Shown: in pieces, positions 7,889 to 14,030 of the stretch
Numbering within the stretch: the first letter of the stretch is position 1
Layout of the letters: the number at the start of each line of letters is the position of its first letter
Source: Acidimicrobiia bacterium
GTDB taxonomy: Bacteria; Actinomycetota; Acidimicrobiia; Spongiisociales; UBA5794
Direction of reading: 5' to 3'
Assembly: GCA_013003515.1 (NCBI GenBank)
Contig: JABDIW010000041.1
Location: 1-36,794 of the forward strand
DNA length: 36,794 nt
Translations under genes and position numbers: made by a program
The notes under the pieces: model-generated
The model's input: the letters and a program-made list of their open reading frames with translations, nothing else
Told to the model about the DNA's origin: nothing
Database searches by the model: none

Positions 7889-8229
7889 GACGCCGAATCC
7901 TCAGACTCGGGTGAGGGGAAGGAACGGGCGACGTCTTCGACGAGCGTCTGTTGCTCAGGACTGAGGGCGGAGCCGTCGATCTCGACGACGCTGCCATTCA
8001 GCATCGTCATGATGAGTGCAGACGCCTCAGCGCCCGCCCTGATCAGATGATCGCGCCACTCGTCGTCGCCAGCCTCCAGCGCAGCGTGGGCCTCCTCGGC
8101 GACGGCGCACATGAGGGCAAGGCCGACCGGGTACAGGTGGCCGTCACCGGCTGCCAGGACGAGCGAGGCAGCCATTCCGACGTCGAGGTCGTAGACGTTG
8201 CGCACTTCGGGGTCTTGTTCTTCGGGCAT
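7885..8229 (-). CDS. Hypothetical acidic 114-aa protein (first gene of the early block)
   Basis: ATG at 8229 with AGGAG upstream. ATGA overlap with the next gene at 7885-7888. Confidence 0.6.
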   Translation of the reverse strand: MPEEQDPEVRNVYDLDVGMAASLVLAAGDGHLYPVGLALMCAVAEEAHAALEAGDDEWRDHLIRAGAEASALIMTMLNGSVVEIDGSALSPEQQTLVEDVARSFPSPESEDSAS

Positions 8230-8273
8230 GGCGGTGGTGACTCCTGGTCGTTTCGGGGGTTGGCGAAGGAGAC

Positions 8274-8311
8274 CCCCCGGCGGCAGGGATGCGAAACTTG
8301 CCGCCAGGGGG
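8274..8311 (-). terminator. GC-rich stem-loop downstream of the LPXTG gene
   Basis: cccccggcggca / tgccgcc(a)ggggg form a 12-bp stem with one bulged A and a 13-nt loop. It starts 30 nt after the 8341 stop. Confidence 0.45.
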
Positions 8312-8340
8312 TCGGGGTGGGGCGAGGGGGGGGGAAGCCT

Positions 8341-8979
8341 CTAGCCCACCGTCTGTCGGACCGAGGCTTTGAGTCCTGCGGCTCCGACGAGCATGAGTGC
8401 CAGTCCAACGATGGACAGCGTACGGGGATCGGTGCCCGTGTTCGGCAACCGGGTGAGCGGTGGCGGGTCTTCGTCGACCTCGCAGTTGGGGAACGTCAGA
8501 CCGCCCTCGGGGTTGCAGTCGGCGCCGTCGGGGTCCTCGACTCCACACACGCCTGCGGCGTCCCGGTCGAAGCGGCCATCACACTCGTCATCGGGCGTGG
8601 GCTCCGGCTCAGGGGTTGGGGTAGAGGTCGGGGTCGGCGTCTCGGGTGTCGGCGTCGGGGCCGGTGTCGGCGACGATTCGGGCGAAGGCGTACTCTCGGT
8701 CGTAGGTGTGGCGGTAGGTGCTGGCGATGCCGTAGCAGTCGGCACCGGGGTCTCGGTGGGTGAGGGCGATGGCTCGGGTGTGGGCGTAGCGGTCGCACCA
8801 GGCGTGGACGTCGGGGTCGGGGTGGCGGGGAAGCATTCGGGGAGCCTTTCGGGCGTGAAGAGTTCCGGCTTGTTCTCCTCTTCCCATTCGCAGCGGTCAG
8901 CGATTGCGGGGTCCGCTTGGGTCGCCATCACGAGGATGACGAGGCCCAGCCCGACGAAGAGAGTGAGGAGTGTTCGCAT
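8341..8979 (-). CDS. LPXTG-motif cell-wall-anchored surface protein with a Pro/Thr-rich spacer
   Basis: Signal peptide MRTLLTLFVGLGLVILVMATQA, a roughly 90-aa PT-rich low-complexity region, a Cys-containing module, then LPNTG plus hydrophobic helix plus KASVRQ tail (sortase sorting signal). Confidence 0.85.
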   Translation of the reverse strand: MRTLLTLFVGLGLVILVMATQADPAIADRCEWEEENKPELFTPERLPECFPATPTPTSTPGATATPTPEPSPSPTETPVPTATASPAPTATPTTESTPSPESSPTPAPTPTPETPTPTSTPTPEPEPTPDDECDGRFDRDAAGVCGVEDPDGADCNPEGGLTFPNCEVDEDPPPLTRLPNTGTDPRTLSIVGLALMLVGAAGLKASVRQTVG

Positions 8980-9092
8980 TGTTGCCCTTTCGATTACGGT
9001 GCCTTATTGGCGACACCGTGGTTACGTCTTCGGTCAAACGACCTAGGACCTTTAGCACATTCTCGCAGAAATTCGGGCCGGGCCTAAACGAC

Positions 9093-9124
9093 GAACGGCG
9101 AGGGCCGATGAGCCCCCGCCGTTC
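9093..9124 (-). terminator. Stem-loop downstream of the XRE-type HTH gene
   Basis: gaacggcgagggc / gcccccgccgttc form a 13-bp stem with one mismatch and a 6-nt loop. Followed on the minus strand by cgtcgTTTagg. Confidence 0.45.
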
Positions 9125-9154
9125 ACCCACTCCAGGCAGGTCAGTCGGCCCCAC

Positions 9155-9391
9155 CTAGACCCTTCTGTGCACGAGTTCGGCGATCGTGTTGCGGACCGCT
9201 TCGGGGCTCGGCATCGTTGCCTTCGTCCCGTCCCAGTCTAGGGCAGCCTCGATGTCCAACTCGACTGGCACCTCGGTGTCGTCGATCTCGATGCGGCGGT
9301 AAACGGTCCAGGGGATGCCGAGTCGGCTGGCGACCAGCCCCCTCGTCATCCCCTGGCGGATACGTCTTGCTTGTAGTTGGTGGCCTCTCAT
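9155..9391 (-). CDS. XRE/Cro-type helix-turn-helix DNA-binding protein (78 aa)
   Basis: LQARRIRQGMTRGLVASRLGIPWTVYRRIE resembles an HTH_3 motif. Lies directly downstream of the integrase. Confidence 0.7.
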   Translation of the reverse strand: MRGHQLQARRIRQGMTRGLVASRLGIPWTVYRRIEIDDTEVPVELDIEAALDWDGTKATMPSPEAVRNTIAELVHRRV

Positions 9392-9418
9392 GAGTAGGCC
9401 ATCGGCACTACGCGTCGG

Positions 9419-10798
9419 TTACTTGAACGTGATCTCGCAACGCTCGATGATGTCCTGCCCCCGACCGGACCGCTTCGCTGGATGGACGACGATGGACTCG
9501 ATCATCGACGCCACCGTGGCCTTGCGGGTGTCCATGTCGAGCTGCTCGAAGAACTCGATCGGGTCGTCGGCCTGGGCGAGCCTGGCGACCAGCGAAGCGG
9601 ACTCCGCCTCCATGGCTTCGGCCAGCGCAGCGTCCATCTCTGAGCGCAGCGGAGCCGCCTTGTCGTCGGTCATCGAGTTGACCTTCGCCCATTCCTCTCG
9701 GGTGATGTCGCCCGCCATGAACATCTCCAGCCCGGCAGCCCGGCGAGCCTCGATGGCGTCGAGGTCGGCCTGGATGTCTTCGAGCGCTCGGGCCTTGAGG
9801 CCGACGGTCGGATCGAAGTCTTCAAGATGATCAACCATGGCCTCAAGGGCGAGCCGCTCGACTGGTGCTGCCGAGATTGAGATGCGGCCACATCCACGGA
9901 TCTGAGCATTCACCGTGCAGCGGTAAGTGGGACGCGATCCGTATCTTTCCCTCTTGACGACATACTGCATCCCTCTGCCGCAGCCCCCGCACTTGATCGT
10001 GCCGCCGAGAAGTCGCGGCTGACGCTTCGCTCGACCCTCAGTCGTCTCCTCGGCGCGGGCACAACAGGCAGCCCACTTCTCTTCGGAGATGATCGGCTCC
10101 CACACGGCCTTGGTCATCGTGTCGCCGTGCGACCGGAGACCGGCGACACGGGGCTGGATGAGGAGTCGGCGCAGGCAGGACGGAAACCAGTTGTCATTGC
10201 CTTGAGCGGTCGACGTGCCGGTCGACTCGATCCACCGGGCGATCGACGAGAGGTTCTCGCCACCGAGGTAGCGGTCGGCTGCCTCGGCGAGAATCGCGGC
10301 CTCGTCTTCACGATGAGTGATCTGGTCGTCCTCGAAGCCGAAGGGTCGAGCGCCCCCGTTCGGACGCCCCTCTTCGGCGAGCTGCTTGTGTGCTCGCTTG
10401 ATTCGGCGTGCCATGTTCTTCGACTCCTGAGCCGCGACCGCTGCGTGGATGCGGATCGAGAACTCGTCGGTGGCGATGCCAGAGGTGCACGCGATCTCGG
10501 CGCCCTTCTGATTGAGGATGTCGAGGAGCTGCTCGATCTCCAGCGGCCGACGCGAGAGCCGGTCGACGTGGTAGGCGACGATGCGCTTGATCTTCCCGGC
10601 ACGCACGTCGTCGAGCATCCGCTCCCACTCGGGTCGGTGCTTGCCAGCCGACGCCGAGATGTCGTTGTCGATATAAGTGCCGCTGATCTTCCAGCGGCGA
10701 GAGGCGCAGAGCGCTTCGCAGTCGGCCCGCTGGCGGTCGACGCCTGCGCCTTCGTCGGTGACGTCTTTGGAGATGCGGCAATAGATGGCGGTGGTCAT
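9419..10798 (-). CDS. int: Large serine recombinase (serine integrase)
   Basis: N-terminus AIYCRISKD..GAGVDRQ carries the catalytic Ser motif. Then VAYHVDRLSR, a recombinase domain, the zinc ribbon KCGGCGRG..YRCTV..RGCG and a C-terminal coiled coil. ATG 10798 makes an ATGA overlap with the upstream gene. Confidence 0.9.
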   Translation of the reverse strand: MTTAIYCRISKDVTDEGAGVDRQRADCEALCASRRWKISGTYIDNDISASAGKHRPEWERMLDDVRAGKIKRIVAYHVDRLSRRPLEIEQLLDILNQKGAEIACTSGIATDEFSIRIHAAVAAQESKNMARRIKRAHKQLAEEGRPNGGARPFGFEDDQITHREDEAAILAEAADRYLGGENLSSIARWIESTGTSTAQGNDNWFPSCLRRLLIQPRVAGLRSHGDTMTKAVWEPIISEEKWAACCARAEETTEGRAKRQPRLLGGTIKCGGCGRGMQYVVKRERYGSRPTYRCTVNAQIRGCGRISISAAPVERLALEAMVDHLEDFDPTVGLKARALEDIQADLDAIEARRAAGLEMFMAGDITREEWAKVNSMTDDKAAPLRSEMDAALAEAMEAESASLVARLAQADDPIEFFEQLDMDTRKATVASMIESIVVHPAKRSGRGQDIIERCEITFK

Positions 10799-11073
10799 CG
10801 TGCCCCCTCCCATGGCCGGGCGGCGTAGAGGCTGGTGACCTCGGCCTCGGTGAGCTGGAGCAACCGCAGGGCGATCTCGAATCCGAGATGGTCGTCTTCG
10901 TCGGCGGCATTGGTGGCGCACCACGCGATGTGATGGGCCTCGGTGTTGCCGTCGTCGAGCACGATGTGGAGATTGCCTCCAGCGACGTTGTCCTCGTAGA
11001 GGGCGCCGATCAGTGAGGCGGTACTCGTGCGGCTACGGCGGTGGTGTTCGTGGAACCCCTGGAAGGTGGTCAT
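10795..11073 (-). CDS. Hypothetical 92-aa protein, paralog of 12868..13128
   Basis: Shares GG.L..V...GNTEAHHIAWCA..AADE.D.L.F..A.RLL.L with the plus-strand paralog. Translationally coupled (ATGA) to the integrase. RBS CGAAAGGG upstream. Confidence 0.65.
   Translation of the reverse strand: MTTFQGFHEHHRRSRTSTASLIGALYEDNVAGGNLHIVLDDGNTEAHHIAWCATNAADEDDHLGFEIALRLLQLTEAEVTSLYAARPWEGAR
10915..10950. repeat. 36-bp inverted DNA repeat, arm 1 (partner 12991..13026)
   Basis: The reverse complement matches 12991-13026 at 33/36 positions. All three mismatches are synonymous third positions in the GNTEAHHIAWCA codons. Confidence 0.7.
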
Positions 11074-11088
11074 GTCCTACCCTTTCGT

Positions 11089-11101
11089 TGGTGGGACACC
11101 A
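11089..11101. promoter_or_regulatory. 13-bp palindrome TGGTG-GGA-CACCA upstream of the 92-aa/integrase operon
   Basis: Perfect 5-bp arms, 16 nt upstream of the ATG at 11073, inside an AT-richer 70-bp gap. Overlaps the 13-mer shared with 14000-14012. Confidence 0.3.
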
Positions 11102-11143
11102 GTATGACATAAGAACTTTCCGAGCACTCGCTAAAGCCACTGC

Positions 11144-11365
11144 TCAAATTGTTCTTAGGCTCTGACCTGCGATTATGCGCCAGTCAGCGACCTCGACGCG
11201 GCTGGAGTCGAGCCAGTCGTCGATATCGGCCTGATCGAACCGCAGGTACTTCCCAACCTTGAGGTACGGGATCGCCCTGCGTGCAACCAGGGCGCGAACG
11301 TGCCGTTCTGTCGTGTGCAGATACGCGGCGACGGATGCCAGATCCATTAGCGATCGTCGGGCCAT
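11144..11365 (-). CDS. Excisionase-family / MerR-like HTH DNA-binding protein (73 aa)
   Basis: LASVAAYLHTTERHVRALVARRAIPYLKVGKYLRFDQADIDDWL matches the excisionase-family HTH pattern. Confidence 0.75.
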   Translation of the reverse strand: MARRSLMDLASVAAYLHTTERHVRALVARRAIPYLKVGKYLRFDQADIDDWLDSSRVEVADWRIIAGQSLRTI

Positions 11366-11396
11366 GGGGTCACGCCTTTCATTCGTGTTTCGTCAT

Positions 11397-11415
11397 CATA
11401 AGCACTGTGCTTATG
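11397..11415. promoter_or_regulatory. Perfect 19-bp palindrome, candidate operator in the divergent switch region
   Basis: CATAAGCAC-T-GTGCTTATG with 9-bp arms and no mismatch. Centred in the 118-bp gap between the divergent genes at 11365 and 11484. On the minus strand it overlaps a TATGAT -10-like hexamer. Confidence 0.5.
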
Positions 11416-11422
11416 AGGGTGC

Positions 11423-11451
11423 TTGCATCCGCTTTAGCGCATGCGTACCCT
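11423..11451 (+). promoter_or_regulatory. Candidate rightward promoter
   Basis: TTGCAT (11423-11428), a 17-nt spacer, then TACCCT (11446-11451, TAnnnT type). Lies 32 nt upstream of the ATG at 11484. Confidence 0.3.
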
Positions 11452-11483
11452 CGGGGCTCATGAACCCAACGGAAGGATCAACC

Positions 11484-11975
11484 ATGCAAGAGCCCATGAT
11501 CGAAGACGTGCTCCCGAGCGCGATCGAGCTGACCGAGGAGGAGCAACTCGCACTCGCGTACGCGGTGCACAGCGACGAGATGACCGCACGCGAGATCGGC
11601 GACCACGCCGGACTGGCGAGCCGACATGTCACCTACAAGCTGATCTATTCACTCGTCGAGCGCGGGCTGCTCGCTGAGAACGGGAAGGAGCGGGCGCACA
11701 AGCGCTGGGTCATCTCCGACCTCGGGCGAGTCATCGCGGAGGGCTGGCCGAAGCCACCGAACCAAGGCACGTTCATCGTCCAGCCGAGCCGGGCCAGAAG
11801 GAAGAAGCCGAAGAAGGCTGAGGTCGCCAACATCACCGTCGAGGAAGCCAACGCCACTCCCGAACCGAAGCCCGACGTTCCACTCATGAACCTCGCGGTC
11901 CACGCCGACGGCTCCGTGCGCATGCGGATCGAGGAAGCGGCCAACCTCCTGCACCTGCTCGGAGGTGCACGATGA
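11484..11975 (+). CDS. Winged-helix (MarR-like) DNA-binding protein, candidate repressor (163 aa)
   Basis: GGAAGGA RBS 6 nt before ATG 11484. LALAYAVHSDEMTAREIGDHAGLASRHVTYKLIYSLVERGLL..RWVISDLG is wHTH-like. Basic linker RARRKKPKK. Confidence 0.7.
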   Translation: MQEPMIEDVLPSAIELTEEEQLALAYAVHSDEMTAREIGDHAGLASRHVTYKLIYSLVERGLLAENGKERAHKRWVISDLGRVIAEGWPKPPNQGTFIVQPSRARRKKPKKAEVANITVEEANATPEPKPDVPLMNLAVHADGSVRMRIEEAANLLHLLGGAR

Positions 11976-12325
11976 AGACCTGGGCAGAACAACTCCCGCG
12001 CTCATTCAAGGAGTGCCGCTCCTACGGTCACGCGTGGACCACCGGGCTCGCTACGCGGTATCGAGTCGATCACCTCACCATCGGCTCGGTCGTCACCTGC
12101 GAGCGGTGCAACACTTCTCGGCTCACCGTGTTCGACAAGAACACCTTCGATGTCGTCGATCGCAAGTACGACTACCCCGACGACTACTCGAAGCCAACGG
12201 TCGAGGACCCCGCGTTCGGGAGACGCGACTTCACACAGTTGGTCGTCATGTCCGGCACCCGCGAGCGTTCACTTCCGAAGCATTGGGAGGAGAGGCTCTC
12301 TGGCTTCTGGAGGAATGGCTCATGA
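11972..12325 (+). CDS. Hypothetical 117-aa protein with a Cys/His cluster
   Basis: ATGA overlaps at both ends. ECRSYGHAW...CERCNT suggests a small zinc-binding module. Confidence 0.6.
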   Translation: MKTWAEQLPRSFKECRSYGHAWTTGLATRYRVDHLTIGSVVTCERCNTSRLTVFDKNTFDVVDRKYDYPDDYSKPTVEDPAFGRRDFTQLVVMSGTRERSLPKHWEERLSGFWRNGS

Positions 12326-12504
12326 CTCGACACACCCCGAAGCCGCGACCGTCCACGTGGCCGATGGTCGAAGAGGTGGCCCGGCTGCGCGACACGGGGC
12401 TCACCATCCAGGAGATCGCGGACGAGATGAACCTAGGCACCTCGACGGTGCACACGAAGCTGCGTCAGGCTCGCGACGCCGGGCTCGTGAAGGAGGTGCC
12501 GTGA
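12322..12504 (+). CDS. Small HTH DNA-binding protein (60 aa)
   Basis: VARLRDTGLTIQEIADEMNLGTSTVHTKLRQARDAGL resembles a LuxR / sigma-70 region 4 type HTH. ATGA overlap at 12322-12325. Confidence 0.65.
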   Translation: MTRHTPKPRPSTWPMVEEVARLRDTGLTIQEIADEMNLGTSTVHTKLRQARDAGLVKEVP

Positions 12505-12641
12505 AGGTCACCCAATGCCAAGTCGAGGGGTGCTCTAACGAGTGGCTCACCACGCGGGTGATCGAGCTGCATGACCTCATCTTCGTGCTTCTGGTCTGCC
12601 CGACCCATGCCAGGATCATCGCCGAGAAGGAGATGTCGTGA
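12501..12641 (+). CDS. Hypothetical 46-aa Cys-rich protein
   Basis: GTG 12501 is preceded by GAAGGAGG and forms a GTGA overlap. CQVEGC...CPTH gives four possible zinc ligands. Confidence 0.45.
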   Translation: MKVTQCQVEGCSNEWLTTRVIELHDLIFVLLVCPTHARIIAEKEMS

Positions 12642-12871
12642 TGGGCGGCTGGATCTTCGGGGCGATCATGTTCGTGGTGGCTGTGCGCGCTGCCTACAGC
12701 TCTCACTGGCGCATCCAGCGCGAGAGCGCGAAGGTGGCGGAGATGACGACGGCGTTCCTCGACAGCGAGTACCGGTGCAACATCCTGCGCCAGAGGAACA
12801 TAGCGATAGGGGCATACGGCGAGGAGGCCAAGAGGCGGCGCCCCGACATCGACTGGGAGACGGACGCATGA
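12638..12871 (+). CDS. Small membrane protein (77 aa)
   Basis: N-terminal helix GGWIFGAIMFVVAVRAAY followed by a charged tail. Start is GTG 12638 or ATG 12641, overlapping the upstream TGA. Confidence 0.6.
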   Translation: MMGGWIFGAIMFVVAVRAAYSSHWRIQRESAKVAEMTTAFLDSEYRCNILRQRNIAIGAYGEEAKRRRPDIDWETDA

Positions 12872-13128
12872 GCGCGAACGGCCTCATGTCGATCGCCTAT
12901 CAGCTCTACCAGCGCCGGTCGATGGCCGAGCTGTGCGAGTGGCTTCGGCTCAACGATCCCGACGGCGGACACCTGCGCAGCGTCTTCCAGGGCAACACCG
13001 AAGCCCACCACATCGCGTGGTGTGCCGCTCAGGCTGCCGACGAGGGCGACGGGCTCGCCTTCATCGTGGCCATGCGACTCCTGGCGCTCCGCGACGAAGG
13101 GAGAATCCTCACCATCACCAACTACTGA
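12868..13128 (+). CDS. Hypothetical 86-aa protein, paralog of 10795..11073
   Basis: ATG 12868 in an ATGA overlap. Shares the GNTEAHHIAWCA..AADEGDGL.F..A.RLL.L block with the integrase-linked 92-aa protein. Confidence 0.65.
   Translation: MSANGLMSIAYQLYQRRSMAELCEWLRLNDPDGGHLRSVFQGNTEAHHIAWCAAQAADEGDGLAFIVAMRLLALRDEGRILTITNY
12991..13026. repeat. 36-bp inverted DNA repeat, arm 2 (partner 10915..10950)
   Basis: ggcaacaccgaagcccaccacatcgcgtggtgtgcc matches the reverse complement of 10915-10950 at 33/36 positions. Confidence 0.7.
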
Positions 13129-13177
13129 CGCTACGATCTCCGAATCGTCCTGGATCAATGAAGTGGTCTGGACGCGA

Positions 13178-13214
13178 AGAAGCCCCCGCCCACTGTCCCA
13201 GGGCGGGGGCTTCT
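13178..13214. terminator. Bidirectional intrinsic terminator between convergent genes
   Basis: agaagcccccgccc / gggcgggggcttct form a perfect 14-bp stem with a 9-nt loop. Lies between the plus-strand stop at 13128 and the minus-strand stop at 13233. Confidence 0.7.
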
Positions 13215-13232
13215 CGCGTTCCTTGCAAGGAG

Positions 13233-13649
13233 CTACTGGTTGTGTGCAGCCAGATCGGCAAGAGTCCAATACGACATGTCCCAGCTCGATGGGCACCACA
13301 GGTAGTGGTTGCCCGACGAGCCGGTGGTCGCCTGGTTGTGGTACGGCGACTGCACCGAGGTCACATGCCACTCACCCCAGAAGTAGAGCTGGCAAACGAC
13401 TTCGGCCCAGTACAGGCAGTCGATGTGGTGCCCGTTCTTGAGGAGCGTGCCAACGTACCGGATGCCGTTGTGGTACTCGTAGGTGACGAGCGCCAGGCAG
13501 TTGGATTGCTTGGCGTGGGCGTCGGCGACGTCAGCACCGAGCACGTCCTCCACGACCGGCGCCGAGAGCGGTGCCCCCGAGCCTCCTGTGAAGGTCAATG
13601 TGGTCGCCAGCATGACGCCAGCGAGCACTGCGTATAGTGGCTTTCTCAT
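13233..13649 (-). CDS. Secreted small Cys- and aromatic-rich protein (138 aa)
   Basis: Signal peptide MRKPLYAVLAGVMLATTLTFTGG...AHA. The mature part has 4 Cys and many W/Y/H. ATGA overlap with the upstream ORF. Confidence 0.7.
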   Translation of the reverse strand: MRKPLYAVLAGVMLATTLTFTGGSGAPLSAPVVEDVLGADVADAHAKQSNCLALVTYEYHNGIRYVGTLLKNGHHIDCLYWAEVVCQLYFWGEWHVTSVQSPYHNQATTGSSGNHYLWCPSSWDMSYWTLADLAAHNQ

Positions 13650-13855
13650 TCTTCATTCCCTTGGGTTGCTTGTTGGTGAGCTGGCTCGGCGAGTCGCCGC
13701 ACGGCGTCGCGCAGGTCGCCGACGGTGAGCCTGGACGACCCCCCGCCGAACGAGAGTTGGAGCAAGATCGTGGCGTCGGTGAGTTCCTCAGGCGCGTCGA
13801 GTTCGCCGCTGTCGGCCGCGGCTTCGAGGGTGGCGAGGAAGTTGGCGATGCTCAT
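13646..13855 (-). CDS. Hypothetical acidic 69-aa protein
   Basis: ATG 13855 is preceded by GAGGA. Alternative starts are ATG 13906 and GTG 13975 in the same frame. The stop overlaps the next ATG. Confidence 0.5.
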   Translation of the reverse strand: MSIANFLATLEAAADSGELDAPEELTDATILLQLSFGGGSSRLTVGDLRDAVRRLAEPAHQQATQGNEE

Positions 13856-13992
13856 CGCGTCCTCAGGATCGAGCCGTTGCCGGGCGTCGAGCGGCGTTGC
13901 CACCATCGACGGCGCCTGCCGGGGCGCACCCCGTAGAGGAGCTGGCTCACCGCTCGTTCTTGTTGGCGTTCCCACTCGGACTTCCTGCGCAT
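13852..13992 (-). CDS. Possible 46-aa ORF (low confidence)
   Basis: ATG 13992 is preceded by the same CGAAAGGGG RBS context seen at other operon-initial genes. Its TGA overlaps ATG 13855 (ATGA). The C-terminal half is Arg-rich and could be off-frame noise. Confidence 0.3.
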   Translation of the reverse strand: MRRKSEWERQQERAVSQLLYGVRPGRRRRWWQRRSTPGNGSILRTR

Positions 13993-14030
13993 CGTGCGCC
14001 CCTTTCGTTGGTCGGGGCGAGGATAGCCGA

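Noticed and set aside
8311-8334. G-run cluster GGGG-T-GGGG-CGA-GGGGGGGGG (including a G9 homopolymer at 8326-8334) as a G-quadruplex or phase-variation tract.
   Set aside because: It lies in the 3-prime untranslated gap after the LPXTG stop, not in coding or promoter sequence, so slippage would not switch a gene. The transcript strand is C-rich. It is probably part of the terminator context.
11259-11483. N-terminal extension of the wHTH regulator ORF (track start 11259), which would overlap the excisionase-like gene on the other strand.
   Set aside because: The extension is Arg/Cys-rich and crosses the switch region. A GGAAGGA RBS sits 6 nt before ATG 11484, which starts the recognisable winged-helix domain.
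10915-13026. Hypothesis that the 36-bp inverted repeats define an invertible DNA segment flipped by the adjacent serine recombinase.
   Set aside because: The repeat coincides exactly with a conserved 12-codon block in two paralogs, and all three mismatches are synonymous. Protein-level conservation with GC-biased codon use explains it. There is no separate crossover-site structure. It can still be tested by PCR.
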